IMG/VR virus record: IMGVR_UViG_3300032373_000005
DNA length: 20,000 nt
Source of the DNA: an uncultured virus (IMG/VR IMGVR_UViG_3300032373_000005)
Lineage: Duplodnaviria; Heunggongvirae; Uroviricota; Caudoviricetes
Direction: 5' to 3' (one strand)
Positions 8,749-16,976 of this stretch are shown in pieces. The notes beneath the pieces were generated by a model that ran no database searches, had not been told where the DNA came from, and was given only the letters and a program-made list of their open reading frames with translations. Position numbers and translations under genes: made by a program. How positions within the stretch are numbered: position 1 is the first letter of the stretch; each line of letters opens with the position of its first letter.

Positions 8749-10328
8749 AACGCCGCCGAGACCGCGCCGTGCGGGTCGTCGATCACAGACAGCTTGCGAC
8801 GGTAGCGTTTGAGCTCCAGCCGCGGCGCCCTGGGCAGGGTGCGGCGGTTGTACTCGGCGAGGACCAGCGCGTCGGCGTGGTCGTCTTTGGTGTCGTCGCG
8901 GTCGCCGCTCCCCTCTTGGGGGTTGGAGATCCGGCCGTTGACCTCGCGGATGCGTGACAGCTCGCGCAGCACCTGAAGGTCTGGGATCTCCAGGGCGTCC
9001 CCGTTGATCATCTGGCGGGCGTGGCTGTAAGCGTCCGTCTTCGTCCCGCGGCTGGTGTGCCAGTCCTTGCCGGTGTCCGGGTCGACCCACAGCCGACAGC
9101 GCTCTTTGCGCAGGTAGCGGATGACGTTGTGGCCGCCGCCGCCCTTGTTGGACTCGCAGAGGATGCGGGCGCGGTTGTAGTAGCCGGCGATCCGCGACAG
9201 CCGCTTCGCGAACCCGATCTCGCCGTCTGGATGACTCTTCATGCTCAGCACAGCGCACAGCCGCCCGCGCTCGTCGAGGACGACAGCGGCGGCGTAGTGC
9301 CCGCCGTTGCACCAAGAGGGGTCGGCGCCGATGGCGTAGGCCATGCCCGGCGTGGGCTTGCGGTAGATCCGCAGCAGCCCCTTCTTCGAGACGTTCTTGT
9401 AGACGCCGATCTGGGTGTTGAGCCACCCGACATCGAACCAGCCGCCCTCGAAGGAGAGGAACCCCTCCTCCATCGTGGTCGGGTAGAACTTCCTGAATTT
9501 TGCGAGCCCGACGCCCTCTGGCCCGTAGATTTTCCAGTGTCGCCAGTAGAGCTGGGCCTTGTCGAGCTTCCAGATCCGCCCGTACTCGACCTCCTCGTCC
9601 ATCGGCTGCCAGTGGGGAGGAGGAGTGCGTCTGTACTCGGGGTGCTCAAACCACGCCCAGAAGAAGAACCTCACCGCGGGGTTGTTGTGGATGCGGTCCT
9701 CTTGGAAGGCGGCGTTGACCTGCTCCTCGTATTTCCCGCCTGGCCCGTTGGGTGTGGAGATGATGACCTTCCGGCCCTCGTCGCTGATCGCCGAGGTGAT
9801 CGACGCCCACGCCTCGTTCTCGTTGGGCCAGAACGCCATCTCTTCGGCGATAAGGTTTTGATATGTCTGACTTTTCCCCAGCGACCGGCCGCCGACCGTG
9901 GCGAGCTTGAGCATCCCGCCGTTGCGCCCGAACTGGATCTCGTGTTTGTTGTGGTTGACGCGGATGTTTAGCTGCGGCTGGATGCGGCCGGGCAGGTTCT
10001 CGGCGAACGTCTTGTGCTTGCGCAGCAGGGAGTCGGTGGTGTCGCCGGTGTCGCAGGCGACCATCGTGCGCAGCGGGCCGCGGGCGCGACAGTGATCGTG
10101 GAAGAAGCTGCCGGCGTTGACCGTCGACATGTAGACCTGGCGCGACTTCAGGAACACGAGCAGCTTGACGCGGACATCGCACAGCGCCTCAAGCGCCTCA
10201 AGCTGCGCCTTGGATGGGCGGTTGAAGGGGGCGATGGTGCCGCTGGCGCCCTTGTTCTCGATCTGTAGCCAGCGGCCCATGAAGCGCCGCTTGCTGCGCA
10301 AAACTTGGGCGTCTGTGAGGGTGCCCAC
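8745..10328 (-). CDS. terL: Terminase large subunit
   Basis: Walker A-like VFLKSRQVYMST, Walker B LIAEEMAFW, coupling motif IISTPNG, F.QEYP-like FRKFYP, RNase H-like nuclease YAIGADPS ... ILCESN ... DDHADALVLA; its stop codon overlaps that of the giant ORF. Confidence 0.92.
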   Translation of the reverse strand: MGTLTDAQVLRSKRRFMGRWLQIENKGASGTIAPFNRPSKAQLEALEALCDVRVKLLVFLKSRQVYMSTVNAGSFFHDHCRARGPLRTMVACDTGDTTDSLLRKHKTFAENLPGRIQPQLNIRVNHNKHEIQFGRNGGMLKLATVGGRSLGKSQTYQNLIAEEMAFWPNENEAWASITSAISDEGRKVIISTPNGPGGKYEEQVNAAFQEDRIHNNPAVRFFFWAWFEHPEYRRTPPPHWQPMDEEVEYGRIWKLDKAQLYWRHWKIYGPEGVGLAKFRKFYPTTMEEGFLSFEGGWFDVGWLNTQIGVYKNVSKKGLLRIYRKPTPGMAYAIGADPSWCNGGHYAAAVVLDERGRLCAVLSMKSHPDGEIGFAKRLSRIAGYYNRARILCESNKGGGGHNVIRYLRKERCRLWVDPDTGKDWHTSRGTKTDAYSHARQMINGDALEIPDLQVLRELSRIREVNGRISNPQEGSGDRDDTKDDHADALVLAEYNRRTLPRAPRLELKRYRRKLSVIDDPHGAVSAAF

Positions 10329-10338
10329 GCGCCGACTC

Positions 10339-10848
10339 CTACTTCGCCGCGGGGACGACCCAGCCGTTGTCGGAGTCGTCGTCGCTCTCCTCGAAGTGCC
10401 CGTCGAGACTGCCCCCGGTCAGCGTGGCGCCGGCCTCGACCTTCTCACGGGCGATCCGCAAGGTGTTGTAGAGCTGGAGGTGGGCGACGTTGCCCGCCCG
10501 CAGCCCGCGGCCGAGCTGCATCCAGAACAGCCCGTCTGCCGCTCTGAGATCCGCCTCGGTCGGCCCTTCGACCTCGGGGAACAACTCCCCCCACCACATC
10601 TGGAAGTCTGGGTTGGCCCACCAGCGGTTCCACTCCCGCACCGTGACCGGGTCGCCATCCCAGGCGAAGGTCTTGAGGGGGCTGTCGTCGGGCAGCCGCG
10701 CCCGCATGTCGTTGTCGACGAGCATCCGAGACGCCTGACACCACACCGAGATACCGTAGGCACCGTCGATGTTGCACGCCCAGGCCAACTGGCTGAACTG
10801 GTGCTGGCGCTTCGAGGGTTTGTAGACGGGCAGGGGCACAGCGCTCAT
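10339..10848 (-). CDS. Probable terminase small subunit (start reassigned to ATG 10848)
   Basis: Immediately upstream of terL on the same strand; HTH-like WNRWWANPDF..WW, oligomerisation-like GNVAHLQLY and acidic tail; the ATG lies inside the inverted-repeat arm. Confidence 0.6.
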   Translation of the reverse strand: MSAVPLPVYKPSKRQHQFSQLAWACNIDGAYGISVWCQASRMLVDNDMRARLPDDSPLKTFAWDGDPVTVREWNRWWANPDFQMWWGELFPEVEGPTEADLRAADGLFWMQLGRGLRAGNVAHLQLYNTLRIAREKVEAGATLTGGSLDGHFEESDDDSDNGWVVPAAK

Positions 10849-10959
10849 ATCCAGACCGATAGGCGCAGCAGGCAGCGGGCCGTCTACCCATTGTACCCAG
10901 AGGGTGTAAGCGACAGCGTTGATGCCGGTGTAGCCGCCTATCGGTCTGGATATGAGCGC
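10841..10959. repeat. Perfect 25-bp inverted repeat (10841-10865 / 10935-10959) around a 69-bp spacer
   Basis: GCGCTCATATCCAGACCGATAGGCG and its exact reverse complement CGCCTATCGGTCTGGATATGAGCGC. Confidence 0.97.
10890..10895 (-). promoter_or_regulatory. Candidate sigma70 -10 box TACAAT directed at terS-terL
   Basis: ATTGTA on + equals TACAAT on -, about 40 nt upstream of the terS ATG; no convincing -35. Confidence 0.4.
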
Positions 10960-11488
10960 CGACACACAGCCCCGGCTCGACATCCACCGGCTGGTCTCTC
11001 GTGCAGACCAGAACCGGAAAGCGGGCAGCGTGCGCCTGGTAAATGCCCTCCTCCTCCGCTACCGCTACGACCGCGCCCGCCAGGAGGTCATGCTGTGCGC
11101 CGGAATGACGGGGCAGTGGCAGACCTACCGGCTGGAGCTGGTGCGCGGTCGGTGGGCGGTGGCCTGCCCAGGCGGCCGGCACAAGTGCAGCCGCCGCGCC
11201 GAGGTGCTGTACTTCCCGTTTGTCCGCGGCGCAGACCGGCCCGATCAGGCGGGACTGTGCCGGCACTGCTGCGGGATGCGGATGCTGTCAGAAGACCCCC
11301 CGCGGGCATCCGCTGCCCTGCGCGCTGACCTGAAGATGGGGTCACGCCGCTCGGTCGCTGACGCCCTCTCAGGCGGCGGCTACCTTGCCGCCCGCTGGGC
11401 GCTGGAGAAAGAGGGCATCACCGCCCGTCGCATCTTCACCAGGGCGGACGGTCGGTCTGCTCGATTTGGCTACTTGAACCAGGAGTAA
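10952..11488 (+). CDS. Zn-ribbon-containing hypothetical protein
   Basis: W..ACP...HKCSRRAEVLY...LCRHCCG fits a CP-x-C-RR-x-LY...CRxC Cys4 pattern; the ATG lies inside the right IR arm. Confidence 0.65.
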   Translation: MSADTQPRLDIHRLVSRADQNRKAGSVRLVNALLLRYRYDRARQEVMLCAGMTGQWQTYRLELVRGRWAVACPGGRHKCSRRAEVLYFPFVRGADRPDQAGLCRHCCGMRMLSEDPPRASAALRADLKMGSRRSVADALSGGGYLAARWALEKEGITARRIFTRADGRSARFGYLNQE

Positions 11489-11492
11489 GATC

Positions 11493-12242
11493 ATGCTGCC
11501 CGAACTGCTCAACGGCGGAAAGCTCAACCAGGCCCTGCGCATGGGCGACGGCTCCAACAGCGCCGACTGCCGCCGCGAGGACGGCAAGCAGACGGTCGCG
11601 ATGGGTGACGCTGCTGCCACCTTCACCCTCGGCGGCACCTCGGTGACTGGCGAGGTGCGGCTCGCTGCGAACATCATCAACATCGACCCGGAGTCGTCGG
11701 GCGCAGGCGAGAACGCGACCATGCCTGCGACGGCGAACTGGCGCGGCCCCTACACCTTCTACAACTCCGGCGACGAGGACGTCTACTTCCTCGACGCCTC
11801 CGCCTCTGCGATCGTCACGCTGAAGCCGGGCCAGCACGTCACGCTGCGCAGCGACGGCACCATGATCTTCGTCGAGCAGGCCGTCATCGAGACCGCGCGC
11901 TCTTGGTACAACGCCCCCGGCGCCGAGCAGATCCTCTACATCGCCCCGCAGCCGGTCACCGTCACCGCCATCACCGGTCGCGTCGGCACCCCCGGCTCAG
12001 ACGGCGGCGCAGTCACGGCGACCATCTACAAGGCCGCCAGCGGAACGGCGCCGGGCAGCGGTTCCGCGCTGCACACCGGCACGTACAACCTCAAGGGCAC
12101 CGCAGACACCAACCAGAACCTCGCCCTGCACGGCACCGCCGCCAACCTCCAGCTCGACGCTGGAGACGCGATTGTCATGGTCTCCACGGGGACGACGACG
12201 GCAGCAGACGGGATGGTCTCGGTTCAGGTTCTGCCCCGCTGA
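11493..12242 (+). CDS. Putative virion structural protein (Gly/Thr/Ala-rich, beta-rich; decoration or fibre-like)
   Basis: SD AGGAG just upstream, strong GC3 codon usage, beta-rich composition, late-operon context. Confidence 0.6.
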   Translation: MLPELLNGGKLNQALRMGDGSNSADCRREDGKQTVAMGDAAATFTLGGTSVTGEVRLAANIINIDPESSGAGENATMPATANWRGPYTFYNSGDEDVYFLDASASAIVTLKPGQHVTLRSDGTMIFVEQAVIETARSWYNAPGAEQILYIAPQPVTVTAITGRVGTPGSDGGAVTATIYKAASGTAPGSGSALHTGTYNLKGTADTNQNLALHGTAANLQLDAGDAIVMVSTGTTTAADGMVSVQVLPR

Positions 12243-12270
12243 TCGCACCGCATAGCGGGAGGAGGAGGAG

Positions 12271-12762
12271 ATGGGACTCACAGGGTTTATCGGCAACGTC
12301 AACCAGCCGACCGGCATCAACACCACCTACACGCTGTCGAAGGTGGTGCGGATGACCTACAACGACAACGCCGCCACCATCGATGGGCGCACAACGCGCC
12401 CGCCGAAGAATCTGGCGGAGTATTCCAGGCTGTACCTCAAGTTTTCGTCGGTGACGGGTACGCTGTCGGGCGTCGAAGCCACGCTGACCTGGGACGCTGC
12501 GGGCAACGAGATTGCGGCGGGTCCGTTCTCCTCCTCTACGCCGTTCACCGGGATGACCGGACCCAGCAACCCGGTCTTGTTCGGGATCGGGTTGGACGAC
12601 TGGTGCCCGATCACACCGACCGACACCGGCTCCACACCGCCGGACTTTGACGCCTACCCTGCTGGCGACTTCTACCTCCACCTCAAGCTGTCGGGCTCCA
12701 CGCCCACCGCCACGCTGTCGGGTGCGCGGCTGGAATGGAGCCAGCTCGGAGTGCAACTCTGA
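12271..12762 (+). CDS. Putative virion structural protein (beta-sandwich-like)
   Basis: GGAGGAGGAG directly before the ATG; Thr/Gly/Ser-rich; TGATG coupling to the next gene. Confidence 0.6.
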   Translation: MGLTGFIGNVNQPTGINTTYTLSKVVRMTYNDNAATIDGRTTRPPKNLAEYSRLYLKFSSVTGTLSGVEATLTWDAAGNEIAAGPFSSSTPFTGMTGPSNPVLFGIGLDDWCPITPTDTGSTPPDFDAYPAGDFYLHLKLSGSTPTATLSGARLEWSQLGVQL

Positions 12763-13481
12763 TGGGTTGGACAGGCAAAAACCAGGACGGCTGGGGAACG
12801 GGTGCCGCCGCGCCCGTCGCGGCCTCCGCAGACCCGCCAGCCTGGAACAAGGCCGGCGCCACCGTCATCGGCACCGACATCTTCGCCGACAGCGGCGACA
12901 ACCTCGTCATTACCCTGCCCGATGGCACATCGGCGTTCACCGCCGCCAACGGCATCGCCGAGCTGGTGGGTGCGTTGGTCTGGGATCTGGGCACCCTCGG
13001 CGACTACCACGGCTCGCTCTCGATGAGCTTCAAGCCGGTCTCCCTCGGCGACGAGGTGACGATCTGCATGGGCATCGGCTTCCGCGCGGGCGGGCTGCCG
13101 GCCTCGATGGTGGAGCTGGTCGCCGCCGACCACCAGTACGCCCAGATGCTGCGGCGGGTGAGCTTCTCGGCGCAGCGCAACAGCCTCTTCAGCCGCGGCA
13201 ATGGCGACTCACTGCAGGACAACGTCAGCAACGAGCGCACGGACAGCCAGCAGTTCTCGATGAACACCGAGCTCGCCCCAGAGCGCATCGGCACGATCGT
13301 CGGCCGGCACACCTGGCCCGGCGGCGGCCTGCATCGTCCGCTCAACTGGAATTTGCTTACTCCCACCGCGGGCGATCGCGTCTACGCCTTCCTCGGTGCG
13401 TGCAGCCGCCTGGCCATCTCGACCGGCGACCGCCCCAGCACGATCACCATGACCGGGCGCAGCGTCCCGGCGGGGAGCTGA
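12762..13481 (+). CDS. Hypothetical protein, probably structural (start reassigned to ATG 12762)
   Basis: TGATG stop/start overlap, in frame with ORF 12735-13481, good codon bias. Confidence 0.6.
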   Translation: MGWTGKNQDGWGTGAAAPVAASADPPAWNKAGATVIGTDIFADSGDNLVITLPDGTSAFTAANGIAELVGALVWDLGTLGDYHGSLSMSFKPVSLGDEVTICMGIGFRAGGLPASMVELVAADHQYAQMLRRVSFSAQRNSLFSRGNGDSLQDNVSNERTDSQQFSMNTELAPERIGTIVGRHTWPGGGLHRPLNWNLLTPTAGDRVYAFLGACSRLAISTGDRPSTITMTGRSVPAGS

Positions 13482-13484
13482 CCG

Positions 13485-14273
13485 ATGGCAGCGCCCTACG
13501 ATGGAGTCATCCTCGGCGCCGGCCACGGCGGCTGGGCTGGGTTCGACAGCGACGGCAACCAGCCTCACACGATGGAGCTCGGGGGCGAGGTCCTCCGCGG
13601 GTACTACACGACGCCTGCGCGCAACGGCAAGCGCTTCACGTTCACCGACCTCCGGCCGCCGCAGTTCGTCGCCGAGGGCGTGCTCAACCGCTGGATCATG
13701 GCGGGGGTGATCGCCGCGTACATCGACGAGGGCGTCTACCCCCACGACTGCATCACCATGCGCCAGTGGAAGCGGGCGCCGCACTGGACCGAGTTGGAGC
13801 AGCGCGATGTGTCGCTGACAGAGCGGGTGGCCTACTGCCGCCTCCACCGGGAGTTGCCCTACGTCTCCATCCACTGCAACGCCCAGGGGATGACCAACAC
13901 AGGCCCCTCGCGCCCCAAGCGCGGCACCCAGATCTTCACCCACCCCGGCGAGACCGGCGCGGACGGCATCGCGCGGGCGATGCTCCCAGCGCTCGACGCA
14001 GCCCTCCAGGGCTGGGGCTCTGCCAGCCGCGGCGACTGGAAGACCTCCATCCACGAGGCCAACTTCCACGTCCTCCGCAAGACGCCCCAGGAGGCTGTGC
14101 TCGTCGAGTGCGGATACTTCGACAACGCCGACGATGCCGCTTTTCTCGCGAGCGTGAACGCCCCCCGCCTCTTCGGGCGCGGCATCGTCGCCGCCACGAT
14201 GCCGCTGCTCAACCCGCCACACCGCCGCAACCGCTACCGCTTCCGGCGCTCCTCGAGCCGAGCCCAGAGCTGA
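13485..14273 (+). CDS. N-acetylmuramoyl-L-alanine amidase (Amidase_3) endolysin
   Basis: ILGAGHGG (Zn His), AEGVLN (Zn Glu), LTERV, YVSIHCNA (Zn His), FHVLRKT..EAVLVECGYFDN (catalytic Glu). Confidence 0.9.
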   Translation: MAAPYDGVILGAGHGGWAGFDSDGNQPHTMELGGEVLRGYYTTPARNGKRFTFTDLRPPQFVAEGVLNRWIMAGVIAAYIDEGVYPHDCITMRQWKRAPHWTELEQRDVSLTERVAYCRLHRELPYVSIHCNAQGMTNTGPSRPKRGTQIFTHPGETGADGIARAMLPALDAALQGWGSASRGDWKTSIHEANFHVLRKTPQEAVLVECGYFDNADDAAFLASVNAPRLFGRGIVAATMPLLNPPHRRNRYRFRRSSSRAQS

Positions 14274-14301
14274 ATCCTCCTCCTCCCACCCGGAGAGTAC
14301 C

Positions 14302-15132
14302 GTGCCTGCCCAGACGATCCCAGCCCTCACCGCGGCGCTCCAGACGCTGCTGGCAACCTGGCGCCGCCAGCGGACCAGCCACCTGCTCGACTACGCGCGG
14401 CAGGTCACCACCGAGACCGACATCGACGAGTTCGTCCTCGCCCAGACCCAGGCGCTGATGGCCGACCTCTGGGGCAAGGCCGGCGCCTGGCTGGTCCGCA
14501 AGCTCGTCGACCTCGGCGAGGCGGTCGACGAGAAGCTCCAGTGGCAGTTCATCAAGGACCGCTCGCTGCGCGCGGAGTTCGAGAAGCGCGACAACCCCAC
14601 GGCGCTTCTGCTCGGCGCCTGGGCAGACCTCGCGGACGCCGTAGAGGAGGCTGCTGTCGAGGTCGTCGACCAGGACGAAGACGACGTGGCCGAGGTCGTC
14701 GCCCTCCGACTGCTGGGAGGTGGCTTCTCCGCCCGCCCTTTCGGTAGGGGCCGCGGCGTCGTCAAGGTCGACCGCGCGAAGACCGAGACCGTCGCCGAGC
14801 CGGTCGCCGAGCCAACCGACGCCGAGCAGGAAGCCGCGGACCTCCGGGTCGAGCTCCGCATCATGGCTCAGGAGCACAGCGCGCAGATCGCCAGCCTCAC
14901 CGAGACCGTCGCCCAGGTCACCGCCGAGAACGAGGCACTGCGCTCCCAGCTCGTCGAGCGGGACACCAACGCCGACGACGAGCCGCCGGTGAGCGTCGAC
15001 AAGCTCAACACCCAGCAGGCGGCCCGCCTGATCGACGAGCCCGACGAGAAGCCCGCCGACGACGAGCCCAAGATCGTTGACGTGACCGACCTGCCGCAGG
15101 CAACGCTGCCCGCCGGCGCCCAGGTCCGCTGA
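14302..15132 (+). CDS. Hypothetical protein with coiled-coil and acidic C-terminus
   Basis: SD GGAGAG before the GTG, strong GC3 bias, heptad segment IASLTETVAQVTAENEALRSQL. Confidence 0.7.
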   Translation: MPAQTIPALTAALQTLLATWRRQRTSHLLDYARQVTTETDIDEFVLAQTQALMADLWGKAGAWLVRKLVDLGEAVDEKLQWQFIKDRSLRAEFEKRDNPTALLLGAWADLADAVEEAAVEVVDQDEDDVAEVVALRLLGGGFSARPFGRGRGVVKVDRAKTETVAEPVAEPTDAEQEAADLRVELRIMAQEHSAQIASLTETVAQVTAENEALRSQLVERDTNADDEPPVSVDKLNTQQAARLIDEPDEKPADDEPKIVDVTDLPQATLPAGAQVR

Positions 15133-15165
15133 GACAGTCAGCGCGCAGAATTTTAGGAGCCCTCC

Positions 15166-15906
15166 ATGTTGACCGTCGCCCTGCTCTCCCTCGCCGTCGC
15201 CCTCGCGCAGCCAGCCGGCGACGGCGATGTCATCTCCTCCGACCAACCGGCGATCACCGAGCCCGACACCGGCTGCACGGTCACCCTCGACGGTACCACC
15301 ACCTGCGAGCCCTCCCCTGCCAGCGTGACCCTCGGCCCTGACGGCGATGGCGATGGCGACGGCGGTGACTCGGGGAAGGAGGAGGAGACCATCCTCTGGA
15401 AGCCGTACCACCCGATTGTCGACCTCTTTTACTTGATGATGTTCTTCGCCAACGAGGGCGAGCGGATTGTGGCGACCGCCATCGGGATCGCCGTCACGCT
15501 CGGCGCGATCCTGAGCGTGCCGTTGAACTTCATCCTGCACCACGTCGGGCGGCATCTGGTGGGGCGCTCCCTCACCGCCCAGCGAGCGGTCGAGCGCCTC
15601 CAGACGATGCTCCCTGCTCGGCCGGCGACGAGAGCCGAGACGCTGCTGCGCCGAGACCTGGCGGCGGCCAAGCGGAGGGAGGCCGAGGGCCTGGAGCGAG
15701 AGGCAGACAGCCAGGAGCTGGTCAGCCAGCTCAAGACCACCCTGACCCAGCAGATACGGCTGGGGCTCGGCCGCGAGCAGCTCCTGCAAGCCCTGCTCGG
15801 CGATGCCGTCGATCTCTCCGAGTACACCGTCGAAGCAGTCGAGGGCCGCCTCAGAGAGAAAAAATCCTCCTCCTCCCCAGGGAGCGGTGAGGTTTCGCGT
15901 GTCTGA
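15166..15906 (+). CDS. Membrane protein with signal peptide, TM helix and cytoplasmic coiled coil (possible lysis accessory)
   Basis: SD AGGAG 15155-15159; MLTVALLSLAVALA signal; hydrophobic IVATAIGIAVTLGAILSVPLNFIL. Confidence 0.7.
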   Translation: MLTVALLSLAVALAQPAGDGDVISSDQPAITEPDTGCTVTLDGTTTCEPSPASVTLGPDGDGDGDGGDSGKEEETILWKPYHPIVDLFYLMMFFANEGERIVATAIGIAVTLGAILSVPLNFILHHVGRHLVGRSLTAQRAVERLQTMLPARPATRAETLLRRDLAAAKRREAEGLEREADSQELVSQLKTTLTQQIRLGLGREQLLQALLGDAVDLSEYTVEAVEGRLREKKSSSSPGSGEVSRV

Positions 15907-16549
15907 GGAGGCCCTCGACCACCGACGAACGGTGCGAGAGGTCGACCAGATGCTCGGCCCGCTGCCACGGATCGAGCCGCTGCCAGAGGGGGAGGGCCGC
16001 CCGTGGATGGCAGCGGCGGCCCCCTCTCTGGTGGCACTGGCGCGACAGCAGGCGCTGCTGGCTGGCCAGCCCAAGCTGACCCCGGCCGAGGTCGTGCAGC
16101 GCCGCATCGAGGCCGGCGACGGTCCTCTGGATCCAAGCCTGCTGGTGGAGTGGGCGCGGCGGGTGCGGCGGCGGGTCAGGCTGCGCCGGTGGCTGCACAG
16201 CCGCACGGTGGCCCAGCTCGAGGAGGCCGCCGGCAGTGATCTCGTCGACGCGCGGCTGCGCGCCATCGCTGCGCACCACCTCAAGCAGCGGCGCCTGGGC
16301 GCGCTGGTGGTGGGCCAGCCGCGGCGAGGCGACCAGCTACCCGCCCTGGCACGCACCGATCGCTCCGCCACGCGCGACGAGCCGACGCCCCGCAGCCTGG
16401 CCGGCTACACCGGGCGGGTCTACGCCGACACCGGCGAGCCCGAGACGTGGCGGGTCGAGGTGCCGGCGAAACTGCTGGAGGCGGTGCGCAAAGAGAGCGC
16501 CGCTCACATGGCGGCGATGGCGGAGCTGCTGGCTGCGCTGGGCGGCTGA
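15899..16549 (+). CDS. Hypothetical basic protein (start reassigned to GTG 15899)
   Basis: GAGG SD upstream of the GTG, overlap with the previous stop, TGATG coupling to the XRE gene. Confidence 0.6.
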   Translation: MSEEALDHRRTVREVDQMLGPLPRIEPLPEGEGRPWMAAAAPSLVALARQQALLAGQPKLTPAEVVQRRIEAGDGPLDPSLLVEWARRVRRRVRLRRWLHSRTVAQLEEAAGSDLVDARLRAIAAHHLKQRRLGALVVGQPRRGDQLPALARTDRSATRDEPTPRSLAGYTGRVYADTGEPETWRVEVPAKLLEAVRKESAAHMAAMAELLAALGG

Positions 16550-16877
16550 TGCGCGAGCCATTCGGCAGCGCCCTGGTGAGGTTGCGGAAGCGGGCCGGGC
16601 ACACCCAGACGAGCCTGGCCGACGCCACGGGCGTCTCTCGGAGCGCCATCTACAAGTGGGAGCGCGGAGAGCGCCCCCCGCAGAGGGCGACGTGTAGCGC
16701 CCTCGCCCAGGCGCTGGGTGTCGATGTCGCGGCGCTGTGGCGGCCGGCGGCCTGCTGCCGGAACTGGAGCAGGCGGTCGTCGAGGCCGACGAGGAGGAGG
16801 GGGACTTTGAGAAGGAGGAAGCCGACGATCTCATCCAGCAGATCCGCGAGATGCGGCGGATGTTCGCGACCTTCTGA
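16549..16877 (+). pseudogene. XRE-family HTH regulator interrupted by a 1-nt frameshift near 16737 (real lesion or sequencing error)
   Basis: FGSALVRLRKRAGHTQTSLADATGVSRSAIYKWERGERPP..TCSALAQALGVDVAAL is a classic HTH_3; good codons continue in the -1 frame (VAAGGLLPELEQAVVEADEEEGDFEKEEADDLIQQIREMRRMFATF*) to TGA 16875-16877. Confidence 0.75.
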
Positions 16878-16976
16878 GAAGACCTCCTCCTCTGCTGGCC
16901 AGCGCCTCGGGGTAGTCTCGGGGCGCTGTTTTGTGTCGGACATGACCATATTTTGTAGGTGGCGCTCTGAATAAAT

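Larger units (their letters stand above)
69..15876. repeat. Dispersed CTCCTCCTCC / GGAGGAGGAG motif, 13 exact copies
   Basis: Starts at 69, 180, 1946, 2955, 3755, 4617, 6094, 9616, 11048, 12258, 14277, 15378, 15867; near copies at 687, 1918, 12528, 16791, 16883. Confidence 0.85.

Noticed and set aside
10849..10983. N-terminal extension of ORF 10339-10983
   Set aside because: It crosses the IR/promoter spacer and overlaps the divergent gene; ATG 10848 mirrors ATG 10952 and is the better start
14791..15068. Short direct repeats GTCGCCGAGCC (x2) and GCCGACGACGAGCC (x2)
   Set aside because: Explained by low-complexity peptide repeats (VAEP, ADDEP) in a disordered region
69..15876. TCC motif as a CRISPR array, microsatellite or simply Shine-Dalgarno sites
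   Set aside because: Spacing is irregular and kb-scale with no spacer structure; most copies are intragenic or in anti-SD orientation, and only 12258 sits at a start codon
12647..16371. Long ORFs 12647-14458 (+) and 14209-16371 (-)
   Set aside because: Off-frame or antisense shadows, Arg/Pro/Gly-rich, overlapping well-supported genes such as the amidase
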